Positions 20,722 to 29,738 of a DNA stretch of 64,000 bases are shown here, piece by piece (position 1 is the stretch's first letter; each line of letters opens with the position of its first letter). Origin of the DNA: Candidatus Woesearchaeota archaeon (lineage in GTDB: Archaea; Nanobdellota; Nanobdellia; Woesearchaeales; GW2011-AR4). The stretch covers positions 17,996 through 81,995 of the forward strand of contig JAGVXT010000012.1 in NCBI GenBank assembly GCA_018303655.1, given 5' to 3'. The notes beneath the pieces are model-generated. The model did not search any database and was not told the DNA's origin. It saw only the letters and a program-made list of their open reading frames with translations. The translations under genes were made by a program, and so were the position numbers.

Positions 20722-20750
20722 AAAAGCCGGCGGGCTTAAAGCGCGGAGGA
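20722..20750 (+). repeat. conserved leader motif, copy 2
   Basis: AAGCCGGCGGGCTTAAAGCGCGGAGG lies directly after tRNA-His and 10 nt before ATG 20759. Confidence 0.6.
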
Positions 20751-20758
20751 AAATAAGA

Positions 20759-21070
20759 ATGCAACTGAATAAAAGAATTGATGGAATATTGGGTGTAATT
20801 GGAAATAAAGCCTTCCTAGTATATGTAGGAATTCGTGAATGGGCTTCACCTACAGAGGGCGAATATTTAATTGTTGCACCAAGCGGAAACGTTTTGTATA
20901 TAGGACCCTCGCTAAGAGAAAGATTAAGAAAAAGATTAGACGGAGAATATCTGCAAAATCCTGGAGTGCTTTCCTCAAAATCAGCGTATGGAACTTTTTG
21001 GACAGAAGACAAAGTTAGATATGATAGAAAGAGCCCTTACCTTAAAGTTGATATAACGGAAGGTAGGTAA
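20759..21070 (+). CDS. hypothetical protein
   Basis: 103-aa ORF with an SD-like GGAGG upstream. Confidence 0.45.
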   Translation: MQLNKRIDGILGVIGNKAFLVYVGIREWASPTEGEYLIVAPSGNVLYIGPSLRERLRKRLDGEYLQNPGVLSSKSAYGTFWTEDKVRYDRKSPYLKVDITEGR

Positions 21071-21193
21071 AAATGAATGAAAATCAAGGTAATTTAGAGG
21101 ATAAAGCACAAAAAAGTGCTGGTTTAGTTCATAACTCAATTAGAATTTGTTAGAAATAATTACACATCAGAAGAGTTACCGCAAAAATTATTC

Positions 21194-22066
21194 ATGGGCT
21201 TTGGATATAATCCAAACCTGGAAAGAAATGGCGAAAGAATCGATATGTTTAACTTTTTCGCTTGGATGTTAAAACTTCAAGAAATCGGTGTTAGTCAATG
21301 GTTTATTTGGGACGCAAGTGGATTTTATGTTGTAAATAGAATACCAAAGAAAAGAATAGATGGTATTGGAAAACCAAATGGAAAAAAATTACTCGAACTT
21401 ATTATAAACGAGCAAGATGGGCTTGGCTATGGGGAAGGAAGACGCAATGAAGAAAGGAAAGAACTTAAGAAAAATTGGGATTTACGTTCTGTATATCTTA
21501 AGCGTTTAATTAAAATAACAGAAATAAATGGATTATATCTTGATTCTAGAGTTATTTTTAGGACAGACCCAAGATACGCAACAGCATTAGATATTGCTTT
21601 AGATTGTGTTGAAAAACTTAAAAAAGACAATCCAGAGACTTTAGAAAGAATTCTGCCTGCAAACAGTAACAACCCTGCTAGTTGGTTGTATTTGCCACTT
21701 GAGATGGCCGAGGCAATTTACTTTCAGGAAGTAATGGATGTTGAGGGAAAATTTGGGCCAAAAAGTGAGGAATATTTCGATACATTTATTCTTGCAGCAC
21801 AAGAAGGAAGAAAAACACCCTATATGGTTGTTTGGTGTCCTCTAGGCCCAAGTGCCAAGGAGTTTGGTCAACAGAAGCCTGCTTATCTAAGTGACATCGA
21901 AGTTTTATGGACAAAAACGCCAAAGGACTACGTTGCTGATTTATTGGAAAATTCAGTATACCAAAGTTATGTACGACAGTATGCACAAATGTTCCAAAAG
22001 GATGGAGAAACACTCTTGGATTGTGTTATGAGGCTAAAACGTAGACTAAATAGCATTAAAAAATGA
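21194..22066 (+). CDS. hypothetical protein
   Basis: 290-aa ORF. No motif recognised. Confidence 0.5.
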   Translation: MGFGYNPNLERNGERIDMFNFFAWMLKLQEIGVSQWFIWDASGFYVVNRIPKKRIDGIGKPNGKKLLELIINEQDGLGYGEGRRNEERKELKKNWDLRSVYLKRLIKITEINGLYLDSRVIFRTDPRYATALDIALDCVEKLKKDNPETLERILPANSNNPASWLYLPLEMAEAIYFQEVMDVEGKFGPKSEEYFDTFILAAQEGRKTPYMVVWCPLGPSAKEFGQQKPAYLSDIEVLWTKTPKDYVADLLENSVYQSYVRQYAQMFQKDGETLLDCVMRLKRRLNSIKK

Positions 22067-22770
22067 AGCAAAAATACCGAACAATTGGGATACTTGGAGG
22101 AATGGGTCCAGCTGCAACAGCAGATCTTTATAATAGGATAATCAATATATTTCAACAAAGATTTGGTGCGAGGTATGACAAAGATTTTCCTGAAATTGTG
22201 ATAATTAGCTTACCAGTTCCAGATGTAGTAGAAAGTATAGAAAATGAAAATCTAACATTAACAATGCTGACAGATGCCGCAGTGCGATTAGAAAAAATTG
22301 GTTGTTTTATTATAGCCATTCCTTGTAATACAGTACATGCATATATTGGCAAGCTTAGGGGTATTGTGAAAATACCAGTAATAAGCATAATGGAAGAAGT
22401 TGCACTTTATTGTAAGGAAGAGAATTTATTAAATGTCGGTCTATTATCAACAGAATTTACCAAAAATCAAGAATTATATGATTCAGAATTGACTAAATAT
22501 ACAATTAACCTTATTAAATTGAATGATAAAAGACAAAAAATTTTAACCAGATTAATAATGAGTATACTTAATGGAGAGATAAATCAATCAAATAGGGACA
22601 TACTTTTAGAATTAATTAATAATTTTAAAAACAAAAAAGCAGAAGCAATAATACTTGGTTGTACAGAATTGCCATTGTTGATAAATCAGGAGTCCTCCGA
22701 TATTCCACTCATTGATACCATTCAATTATTAGCAGAAGCGTGTGTGAGAGAGTCTACAAAAGTTATTTAA
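22063..22770 (+). CDS. aspartate/glutamate racemase family protein
   Basis: GILGGMGPAATADLY plus the two catalytic Cys contexts IAIPCNTVHAY and ILGCTELPLL. Confidence 0.8.
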   Translation: MKQKYRTIGILGGMGPAATADLYNRIINIFQQRFGARYDKDFPEIVIISLPVPDVVESIENENLTLTMLTDAAVRLEKIGCFIIAIPCNTVHAYIGKLRGIVKIPVISIMEEVALYCKEENLLNVGLLSTEFTKNQELYDSELTKYTINLIKLNDKRQKILTRLIMSILNGEINQSNRDILLELINNFKNKKAEAIILGCTELPLLINQESSDIPLIDTIQLLAEACVRESTKVI

Positions 22771-22794
22771 ATATAATCAAAACAAAGTTACAAA

Positions 22795-24069
22795 ATGAAC
22801 CTTCAAATACCCAAAGGAACGCGAGACTTTTCCCCGGAAGAGAAGATATTGAGGGATAAAATAGTCGGCACTCTAAGGGAAGTCTTTGAGCTTTATGGAT
22901 ATGCTCCTTTGGAAACACCAATCCTTGAGAGATTTGATGTTCTGTCTTCCAAGTATGCCGGCGGTGCAGAGATTTTAAAGGAAACTTTCAGGCTGAAAGA
23001 CCAGGGCAGCAGGGACTTGGGATTAAGATACGATTTAACTGTTCCAATGTGCAGGTACATTGCAATGAATCCAGCTATAAAGATGCCTTTCAAGCGATAT
23101 CAGATAGGGGAGGTTTTCAGGGACGGGCCTGTTGCATCCGCTAGGTACAGGCAGTTCACCCAATGCGATGTTGATGTTGTTGGCTCTTCTTCAATGGCAA
23201 GCGATGCAGAGATTATTGCGTTGATTTATGTTGCATTCTGCAAGTTTAACATGGAAGTCAATATCAAGGTGAATAACAGAAAAATGCTGAATGATGTCCT
23301 TGACTATTGCGGTATTGAGAAAAGCAGGCTGGAAAATGTTATTTTATCCGTAGATAAGCTGGAAAAATTTGGAATTAATGTTGTCAGGAATGAATTAAAA
23401 GAGCAAAAGATTGATGTCGGTAAAATAGACAAAATACTAAACATAATAATCATCAAAGGAAGCAACAATGAGAAACTGTCGCAATTAAAAAAAATATTGA
23501 AAGATTCCCAAGGCTTAAAAGAAATTGAAGAATTGCTGAATTATCTGAAAAATCTTGATTTTGAGGCTGATTTTGATGTTTCGCTTGCAAGAGGGCTTGC
23601 ATATTACACAGGCACCGTCATTGAAGCATTCCTGAAAAACAGCAATGTTAAAAGCTCTGTTTGCGCAGGCGGCAGATATGACAACATGATTGGGGCTTTC
23701 CTTGGCAAGGGAAGCTATCCGGCTGTTGGGGTAAGCTTCGGAGTTGACAGGATATATGATGCTTTGGCTGAAAAGCAAAAGGCAAAGCAAAAAACAAACA
23801 CAAAAGTTTACATAATTCCGATAAAAACTATAAATGAAAGCATGAAAATAGCGCAGCAGATGAGGGACGCTGGCATCAACACGGACATTGACTCGATGGA
23901 CAAGGGCCCAAGCAAGAACCTTGAATATGCGAATTCGCTTGGCATTCCTTATGTTGTTTTTGTCGGAAAGAAAGAGCTGCAGGACAATAAGTTAAAGCTG
24001 AGGGACATGAAAAGCGGGAAAGAGGAATTGCTGGAGTTTAAGGAAATCGTCAATAAATTAAAAGATTAA
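22795..24069 (+). CDS. hisS: histidine--tRNA ligase
   Basis: 424 aa. PKGTRDF, LRYDLTVP, FKRYQIGEVFR, RYRQF.QCD, GGRYD and the anticodon-binding C-terminus. Confidence 0.9.
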   Translation: MNLQIPKGTRDFSPEEKILRDKIVGTLREVFELYGYAPLETPILERFDVLSSKYAGGAEILKETFRLKDQGSRDLGLRYDLTVPMCRYIAMNPAIKMPFKRYQIGEVFRDGPVASARYRQFTQCDVDVVGSSSMASDAEIIALIYVAFCKFNMEVNIKVNNRKMLNDVLDYCGIEKSRLENVILSVDKLEKFGINVVRNELKEQKIDVGKIDKILNIIIIKGSNNEKLSQLKKILKDSQGLKEIEELLNYLKNLDFEADFDVSLARGLAYYTGTVIEAFLKNSNVKSSVCAGGRYDNMIGAFLGKGSYPAVGVSFGVDRIYDALAEKQKAKQKTNTKVYIIPIKTINESMKIAQQMRDAGINTDIDSMDKGPSKNLEYANSLGIPYVVFVGKKELQDNKLKLRDMKSGKEELLEFKEIVNKLKD

Positions 24070-24100
24070 ATTTATAAATATCTAATTTTTCGCTCAATGA

Positions 24101-24661
24101 ATGCCAAATTTAACTTACAATATAATTGTACAAGCAGATAGGGTCGGCTTTAATTATTGGGAAAGAATTCGGGATTTGGCCAAAGCTTATGGAATCCAAG
24201 GCTCATTAATTGTATGCAATACTAATCGTGTAACAGTAGTCAGTTTTAAAGAAAGGCCAATAGAAACTAAAGTATTCAAAGGCAAGCCATATGGCATGAT
24301 GCCCGTAGCAGTTAACGATTATGAGGCAGGCATCCCGCAAACAGACACGCCGCGGTGGGTTATTGCACCGCCTAGTGTTATTGATAAAGTAAGTGAAGGG
24401 CTGCTAAGAAATGCTGGAGTGTTAAAAGGAAGTAAATTCTTTTATGTAGAAATTGGGGCTGTTTATGACAACAATGGTGGTCCAATTAATTATGGCCAAG
24501 CAACACTTCCCGAAGTAAAAAGCCTAGGAGCTGATGATGTGGCTGATAAGATAACTGATGACAGATTAGCCAAATTACTTGAAACTGCCCGAATTCAGGA
24601 GGTTAGAACCGACCCCAAAAGGCCAAATTTAGCAGAATTAATTGAAAAAGTTTCCAGATAA
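24101..24661 (+). CDS. hypothetical protein
   Basis: 186-aa ORF. No motif recognised. Confidence 0.45.
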   Translation: MPNLTYNIIVQADRVGFNYWERIRDLAKAYGIQGSLIVCNTNRVTVVSFKERPIETKVFKGKPYGMMPVAVNDYEAGIPQTDTPRWVIAPPSVIDKVSEGLLRNAGVLKGSKFFYVEIGAVYDNNGGPINYGQATLPEVKSLGADDVADKITDDRLAKLLETARIQEVRTDPKRPNLAELIEKVSR

Positions 24662-24680
24662 TTAAATAGTTAAAATCAAC

Positions 24681-25571
24681 CTATGGTTTGGTCAGCACAA
24701 CAACTTCCCCCTCATCATCAATCAAGATAGAATGCTCTGCCTGGGTTACGATGCCTTTATTGACCTCAACTAATGGCGGAAACTGGTGGATCATGCCAAG
24801 CTGCGTTAATTCCCTTAATGCAAAGTTTGCCTTTGCCCCGAATTTTCTTGTAAGCCATCTTTTTGCAAACGGCAATCTTTCATATGTTTCAATTTCCTTC
24901 AAAACTTCCCTTGTTATCGGGCTTCTTACAGGCCTTTTATGCTCGAGCATGAATACAGTCGGCATGCCGCTGTCAACAACAACCCCAGAGCCTGTTGTTG
25001 CAAACGGCTCTACTGCAAAAGCCATTCCTTTCTGCAGCTTTGTTTTATTTCCATCATCAATGTTTGGAATTGTCGGCTTTGTGTGTATGCTGTACAAATC
25101 CAACCCGTGCCCTGATAAATTCCTTACAGGATTGTACCCGTAGCTTTTGATTGTGTCATTTATTATTTTTCCAATTTCCCTTAACTCTGTGCCAACATTT
25201 ATTATCTTTAATGCTTCTTCCAATGCCTTCTGCGCAGCCCTGACCAGGCCATTGTACTTTCCCAATAAATCAATTGTGTACGCATTGTCGCCGATTGCGC
25301 CATCAACATGAACCCCTAAATCCAAACTTACAACCTGCTCGTCAAAAACGGTTTTGTCATCTTCTTCCACGCAGAAATGGGCAGCAATCTCGTTGCATGA
25401 AACCTGGACAGGAAATGCCGGCTTTCCCCCCAATTCATAAATTTTTTTTTCAATCAATTCTGTTGCTTCAAGAATTGAATTGCCCTTTTTGATTAATGAT
25501 TTCCCGTACTCTAGGGCTTCAGCGGATATTCTGCCTGCTTTGATGTAGTTTTGCTTTGTTTGTATATCCAT
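24681..25571 (-). CDS. map: type II methionine aminopeptidase
   Basis: 296 aa. Pita-bread fold landmarks with the archaeal-type insertion: FPVQVS.NE.AAH, DLGVHVDG, GHG and AQAEHSILI. Confidence 0.85.
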   Translation of the reverse strand: MDIQTKQNYIKAGRISAEALEYGKSLIKKGNSILEATELIEKKIYELGGKPAFPVQVSCNEIAAHFCVEEDDKTVFDEQVVSLDLGVHVDGAIGDNAYTIDLLGKYNGLVRAAQKALEEALKIINVGTELREIGKIINDTIKSYGYNPVRNLSGHGLDLYSIHTKPTIPNIDDGNKTKLQKGMAFAVEPFATTGSGVVVDSGMPTVFMLEHKRPVRSPITREVLKEIETYERLPFAKRWLTRKFGAKANFALRELTQLGMIHQFPPLVEVNKGIVTQAEHSILIDDEGEVVVLTKP

Positions 25572-25611
25572 TAGAAAAAAAATTGAAATGGATTATTTAA
25601 AGGTTTCCGCC

Positions 25612-25625
25612 GAAAGATTTATATA
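25612..25625 (+). promoter_or_regulatory. BRE/TATA (GAAAGATTTATATA)
   Basis: The same 14-mer occurs upstream of vapB. It lies about 40 nt before ATG 25667. Confidence 0.4.
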
Positions 25626-25666
25626 CTTAATATATAATAAGTATATAAGTGATTATATGACTGAAG

Positions 25667-25884
25667 TTACGACAATTCAGCTGGACAAGAGAATTGTGGC
25701 AAAGCTCAAGAAAGCCAAGGAGCACCCTAGGCAGACTTATAATGAACTTCTTGACAAGGCGGTTTCTGTCTTTATGGCAGTCAAAAAAGTAAATAGCTAT
25801 GACGAATTCCTTCATAAGGTGCAACAGCCGAAAATGAGGGAATTATGGGGCAATAAGGAAGACGAGGCATGGGAGAGTGTATAA
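25667..25884 (+). CDS. putative antitoxin partner of the MazF/PemK-like toxin
   Basis: Reads MTEVTTIQLDKRIVAKLKKAKEHPRQTYNELLDKAV. It overlaps the downstream toxin by 8 nt. ORF track start is 25588. Confidence 0.55.
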
Positions 25885-26182
25885 TGCAGGGGACGTGATT
25901 CTCGCACAGGTACAATTTACAGACACTTTTGAGGTTAAAACAAGGCCTGCTGTAGTTCTTTTTGAAGAGTATGGCAATATAGTAGTTGCTGGCGTCACAA
26001 GCAACACTGAAATGGAAGGCATACCATTGACAAAAAAAGAAGGCGCTGTAAAGGACAGCATCATAAAAGTAAATTATATCTTTACAATCTCGGAAAAAAT
26101 GGTGAAAAAAAGATTGTTTTCTTTATCTCAAGAGAAGAAAAGGATTTTGATATCTGAATTCGTAAAAAGGCTGAATAAATAA
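25877..26182 (+). CDS. PemK/MazF-like toxin
   Basis: 101 aa. GDVILAQVQFTD....KTRPAVVL....NIVVAGVTSN is typical of the family. Confidence 0.65.
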   Translation: MYNAGDVILAQVQFTDTFEVKTRPAVVLFEEYGNIVVAGVTSNTEMEGIPLTKKEGAVKDSIIKVNYIFTISEKMVKKRLFSLSQEKKRILISEFVKRLNK

Positions 26183-26478
26183 GCATATTTATGGGTTTTT
26201 GGGGATGGAGTAAGTTGGTTGAAAGTTCATTTAACGTACAATTTTAAGTGAGGTTTTTCTCCTCGAAAAATTCCCCTCGTGAGCAAAATTGAGGCAACCC
26301 ACAAGTTTCAGAGCGGATAAATTTTGTAGAGCTGAAAAAATGTTAGGTTGAGTGAGCGATGCCTTTGATGGCTGAGCGAACGAACTGGCTTTGATGCCCG
26401 ATTTCGTGAGGATTTAGTTGTGAGTGTCGCCCAAATCCGCTTTGATGCGGATTTGGATTTACTTCTCATATTATTTTA

Positions 26479-26541
26479 GTGGAAGAGCGGCTTTTTGTAA
26501 AAAAGTTTCTGAAACTAGTTCGAAAACCCGCCGTAAATCCC
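26479..26541 (-). repeat. left inverted copy of the island-flanking element
   Basis: The reverse complement reads GGGATTTACG-GCGGGTTTTCGAA-CTAGTTTCAGAAAC...ACAAAAAGCCGCTCTTCCAC. The first 23 nt are identical to the split right copy at 31015-31055. Confidence 0.75.
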
Positions 26542-26591
26542 AGTTGTTGCTGTAGTATATCTGTAGCAAATAGCACTGGACATTTGTGGGC

Positions 26592-26603
26592 AAGGTTTAT
26601 AAA
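26592..26603 (+). promoter_or_regulatory. TATA-like box (AAGGTTTATAAA) and SD (AGGGAG, 26631-26636) for the restriction gene
   Basis: Both lie upstream of ATG 26641. Confidence 0.4.
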
Positions 26604-26640
26604 TCAGTTCCATATAATATATCAAAATAAAGGGAGTGAA

Positions 26641-27498
26641 ATGCCAAACAATGTTTTAAGAGGAATTTTGAATATAGCTTCATTTAAGAATAATAACCTT
26701 AAAAGCTATGCTTCTACTTACTTAAACAGGATTAACGCAGTTGGAGAGCAATTAGAATTTTATGTAAAAGACGCCATTGCAACATCTTTTAAGCTACCTT
26801 ATGATAAAAAGCCGGAAGTATATTCTAAAGTATTTTCTTGGCTCGGAACCCAAAACCATCCGCCAGACATTATCATAAAAAATGGTGATGCTTTTGAGAT
26901 TAAAAAGATTGAAACCATAAAAGGCTCACTTCAATTAAACAGCTCTTCTCCAAAAAATAAGCTTCTTGCCACCGATTCTAGGATAACGGCAGACTGCAAA
27001 AAATGCGATGGCGGAAATTGGAAAGAAAAAGACTTATTTTATGTGATTGGGAATGCAAAAGGTGGGGAAATAAGCTACTTATTTTTTGTGCATGGGGTTT
27101 GCTATGCTGCTGACCATAAAGTTTATGAAAAAATCCACGAGCCTATAAAAAAAGAAGTGGATTCCGTCCTTGATTCTCTTGGATTGGAAAAAGGCGAAAC
27201 TGTAGAATTGGGCAAAGTTAGGAGAGTTGACCCGCTTGGAATAACTGAATTGAGAATAAGGGGAATGTGGAGCATAGAAAATCCACTTAATGTTTATGAT
27301 GGATTGTGCGAGCTTGGAAAAAATAAATTTCATCTTTTTGCCTTATTGAGCAAAGAGAAATATCTTTCTTACTCTAAAGAAGACATCAAAGAATTAGAAT
27401 CCCATAAAGAAATTTCCGTTAAAGACGTAAAAATCAAAAGCCCAAATAACCCTGCTAATCTAATGGAGGCAAAGCTAATAGCTTTTGTAATAAAATGA
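26641..27498 (+). CDS. type II restriction endonuclease candidate (PD-(D/E)xK)
   Basis: 285 aa counted from MPNNVL. HPPDIIIKNGDAFEIKK fits PD...ExK. It overlaps the m5C methyltransferase start by 4 nt. The ORF-track N-terminal extension (26479-26640) runs through the repeat element. Confidence 0.65.
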   Translation: MPNNVLRGILNIASFKNNNLKSYASTYLNRINAVGEQLEFYVKDAIATSFKLPYDKKPEVYSKVFSWLGTQNHPPDIIIKNGDAFEIKKIETIKGSLQLNSSSPKNKLLATDSRITADCKKCDGGNWKEKDLFYVIGNAKGGEISYLFFVHGVCYAADHKVYEKIHEPIKKEVDSVLDSLGLEKGETVELGKVRRVDPLGITELRIRGMWSIENPLNVYDGLCELGKNKFHLFALLSKEKYLSYSKEDIKELESHKEISVKDVKIKSPNNPANLMEAKLIAFVIK

Positions 27499-28535
27499 AA
27501 ATTGCATCATTTTTTTCAGGAGCCGGAGGATTAGATTTAGGATTTACTAATGCAGGCTTTAAGCTAGCTTTTGCAAATGACAATTGGGAAGGCTGCTGGG
27601 AAACATTTGAGAAAAACCATAAAATACCTATTAATAAAAAATCAATTACTAAAATAAAGGCTGATGAAGTTCCTGATGTAGTAGGATTTGTTGGAGGGCC
27701 GCCTTGCCAAAGCTGGAGCCTTGCAGGAGCCATGAGGGGCATAAATGACCCAAGAGGCCAAGTTTTTTATGATTATGTTAGGCTTATTAAAGAAAAAAAG
27801 CCATCATTCTTTTTAGCTGAAAACGTTGCAGGGCTATTATCAAGTAGCCACTATCTCGAATTTATGAAAATTGTTAATGCTTTTAAGCAAATTGGGTATA
27901 ATGTTTCCTTTAAACTGCTTGATGCGAATGATTATGGAGTTCCGCAAGAGAGAAAAAGGGTAATTGTAGTGGGCTACCATGAGAAATTAGGAAAAAAATT
28001 TGAGTTTCCAAGCCCATTAAGCCAGAAGCCAGCACTAAAAGATGCAATCGCCGATTTGCCAGAGGCAATTCCAGCAAGCCATTACAATAAAACCAACGGA
28101 AAATTAGAAATTTATAACCATGAGTACATGAATGGGGGATTTTCTACTATTTATATGTCAAGAAATAGGGTACGAAGCTGGAATGAGCCTTCATTTACAA
28201 TTCAGGCAGGAGGTCGGCATGCTCCTTGCCACCCCAAAGCCCCAAAAATGAGGCTTATAGGGAAAGATAAAAGAGAATTTATTAAAGGCAAAGAGAATCT
28301 TTATAGAAGATTGTCAGTAAGGGAATGTGCCAGAATACAAACCTTTCCAGATGATTTTGTATTTTATTATAGCAATGTTGCAGATGGGTATAAGATGATA
28401 GGCAATGCCGTCCCTGTTAAATTGGCTGAAGCGCTGGCAAAGCAAATTATGAAAGACCTTAAAGGAATAAGACCACAAGAAAAATGGCAGACAAGTTCAG
28501 CAAAGCAAAAAGAAGCGCAATTATGTCCAGAATAA
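27495..28535 (+). CDS. DNA (cytosine-5)-methyltransferase, M.HaeIII-like (predicted GGCC)
   Basis: Carries FSGAGGLDLGF, GGPPCQSWS, ENV, QERKRV and GNAVPV. By my recollection the variable target-recognition region (NHEY..STI.MSRNRVR.WNEP.FT.QA.GR....HP.AP.M....GKE.LYRRL.VRECAR.Q.FPDDF) follows M.HaeIII closely. Confidence 0.85.
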   Translation: MKIASFFSGAGGLDLGFTNAGFKLAFANDNWEGCWETFEKNHKIPINKKSITKIKADEVPDVVGFVGGPPCQSWSLAGAMRGINDPRGQVFYDYVRLIKEKKPSFFLAENVAGLLSSSHYLEFMKIVNAFKQIGYNVSFKLLDANDYGVPQERKRVIVVGYHEKLGKKFEFPSPLSQKPALKDAIADLPEAIPASHYNKTNGKLEIYNHEYMNGGFSTIYMSRNRVRSWNEPSFTIQAGGRHAPCHPKAPKMRLIGKDKREFIKGKENLYRRLSVRECARIQTFPDDFVFYYSNVADGYKMIGNAVPVKLAEALAKQIMKDLKGIRPQEKWQTSSAKQKEAQLCPE

Positions 28536-28885
28536 GGTCTAAAAATACTTCTTTAGAGGTTGAGTTCAGAAAACTCCTTTGGAAAAATGGGCTTGGTCAC
28601 TATCGCATTCATTATAACTTGCCTGGAAAGCCCGATATTGTTTATGTTTCCAAAAAAATTGTAGTTTTTCTTGATGGCGACTTTTGGCATGGCTACAATT
28701 GGAAAAAACTAGGCAAAGTTCCGCCTAGAAAGTACTGGCAGAAGAAAATACAGAAAAACATCGACAGAGCGAAAAAGTATAATAAACTGCTGAGAAAAGA
28801 TGGGTGGAAAGTTTTACGATTTTGGGAGCATGATGTGAAGAAAAATTCAAATAGTTGTATTAAACATATAATAGATAGATATTAA
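28484..28885 (+). CDS. vsr: very-short-patch repair endonuclease
   Basis: RSAIMSRIRSKNTSLE and PDIVY....VVFLDGDFWHG. It overlaps the methyltransferase 3' end in another frame. Confidence 0.8.
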   Translation: MADKFSKAKRSAIMSRIRSKNTSLEVEFRKLLWKNGLGHYRIHYNLPGKPDIVYVSKKIVVFLDGDFWHGYNWKKLGKVPPRKYWQKKIQKNIDRAKKYNKLLRKDGWKVLRFWEHDVKKNSNSCIKHIIDRY

Positions 28886-29123
28886 TAAATTCAGTAAAAC
28901 TATTATTATATAAAACAGATATATTAAGCATTTATATATCAAAATTTCTAATAATAAGTATAAATAATCAATATTTAAAATGTTGATAACTCACTTAAAT
29001 ATCTAACTTAAGACTATAAAATGAATAGATTTTTAAATAAGGAGTATACATCATAGAAAATAATAGTTATATTGAACTAATTATTTAATTTTAATATCTC
29101 GTCTATAAATTCAGCAAAAGCAT

Positions 29124-29139
29124 ACATTTATATATAAAA
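29124..29139 (+). promoter_or_regulatory. TATA-like box (ACATTTATATATAAAA) and SD (AAGGTGG, 29158-29164) of the three-gene cassette
   Basis: Both lie in the 285-nt AT-rich spacer before ATG 29171. Confidence 0.4.
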
Positions 29140-29170
29140 TATCCTTACCATATATCTAAGGTGGTTTTAA

Positions 29171-29737
29171 ATGATAGATGAATTAAAAGAAAAAATTAAA
29201 CTTGCTCAGCAAGCAGTTGAAGATGTAATTGACCCTAAGCTTAAAGAGAAAGCTTTCGAGGTTGTATTAAATAATTTGATTAGTGGAAATAATCAACTAG
29301 TGCCAATACTACAAACTGATAGCCAGCCGATTCAAACTCAAAATAAGGTTACGAACGACAAGCTGTACAATTTTCTTAATGCAACAAACGTTACAGAACA
29401 ACAAATAACAAATATTTTTGATTTAGATGGGGAGTCAATTCGAATTATAGGGGCCATTCCTGGTAATACTGACAGCAAAAAGCAAAGAAATGCTACTTTA
29501 ATTTTGCTTACTGCGAAACATTATATAAAAAACGAAAGGGAGATTAATGTACCAGAACTTAAAAAAACACTAGAAGATTTAGGTATCAGATCATTGGTAA
29601 ATTTATCCACTAACCTTAAAGGCTTTGAGAATTTTATAATAATGAAGGGGAGTAAAGGTAGTAAGAGCACTTCTTACAGGATTACAAATCCGGGTGTAAC
29701 CCAAGGAGTCGAACTGATAAAGGGAATGGTGGCATAA
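29171..29737 (+). CDS. unknown protein A (N-terminal helix, Q/N linker, wHTH-like C-terminus)
   Basis: 188 aa. The N-terminus (AVEDVIDPKLKEKAFEVVLNNLISG) is paralogous to protein B. The C-terminus (VPELKKTLEDLGI...SYRITNPG) looks like a winged helix. Confidence 0.6.
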   Translation: MIDELKEKIKLAQQAVEDVIDPKLKEKAFEVVLNNLISGNNQLVPILQTDSQPIQTQNKVTNDKLYNFLNATNVTEQQITNIFDLDGESIRIIGAIPGNTDSKKQRNATLILLTAKHYIKNEREINVPELKKTLEDLGIRSLVNLSTNLKGFENFIIMKGSKGSKSTSYRITNPGVTQGVELIKGMVA

Positions 29738-29738
29738 A

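Noticed and set aside
20623-21012. A 129-aa minus-strand ORF.
   Set aside because: It covers tRNA-His and the conserved leader and is antisense to the 20759 ORF.
26479-26640. A 54-codon N-terminal extension of the restriction endonuclease ORF in the ORF track.
   Set aside because: It runs through the inverted-repeat element and begins at a non-ATG codon (GTG, 26479). A TATA-like box and an AGGGAG SD precede the internal ATG at 26641.
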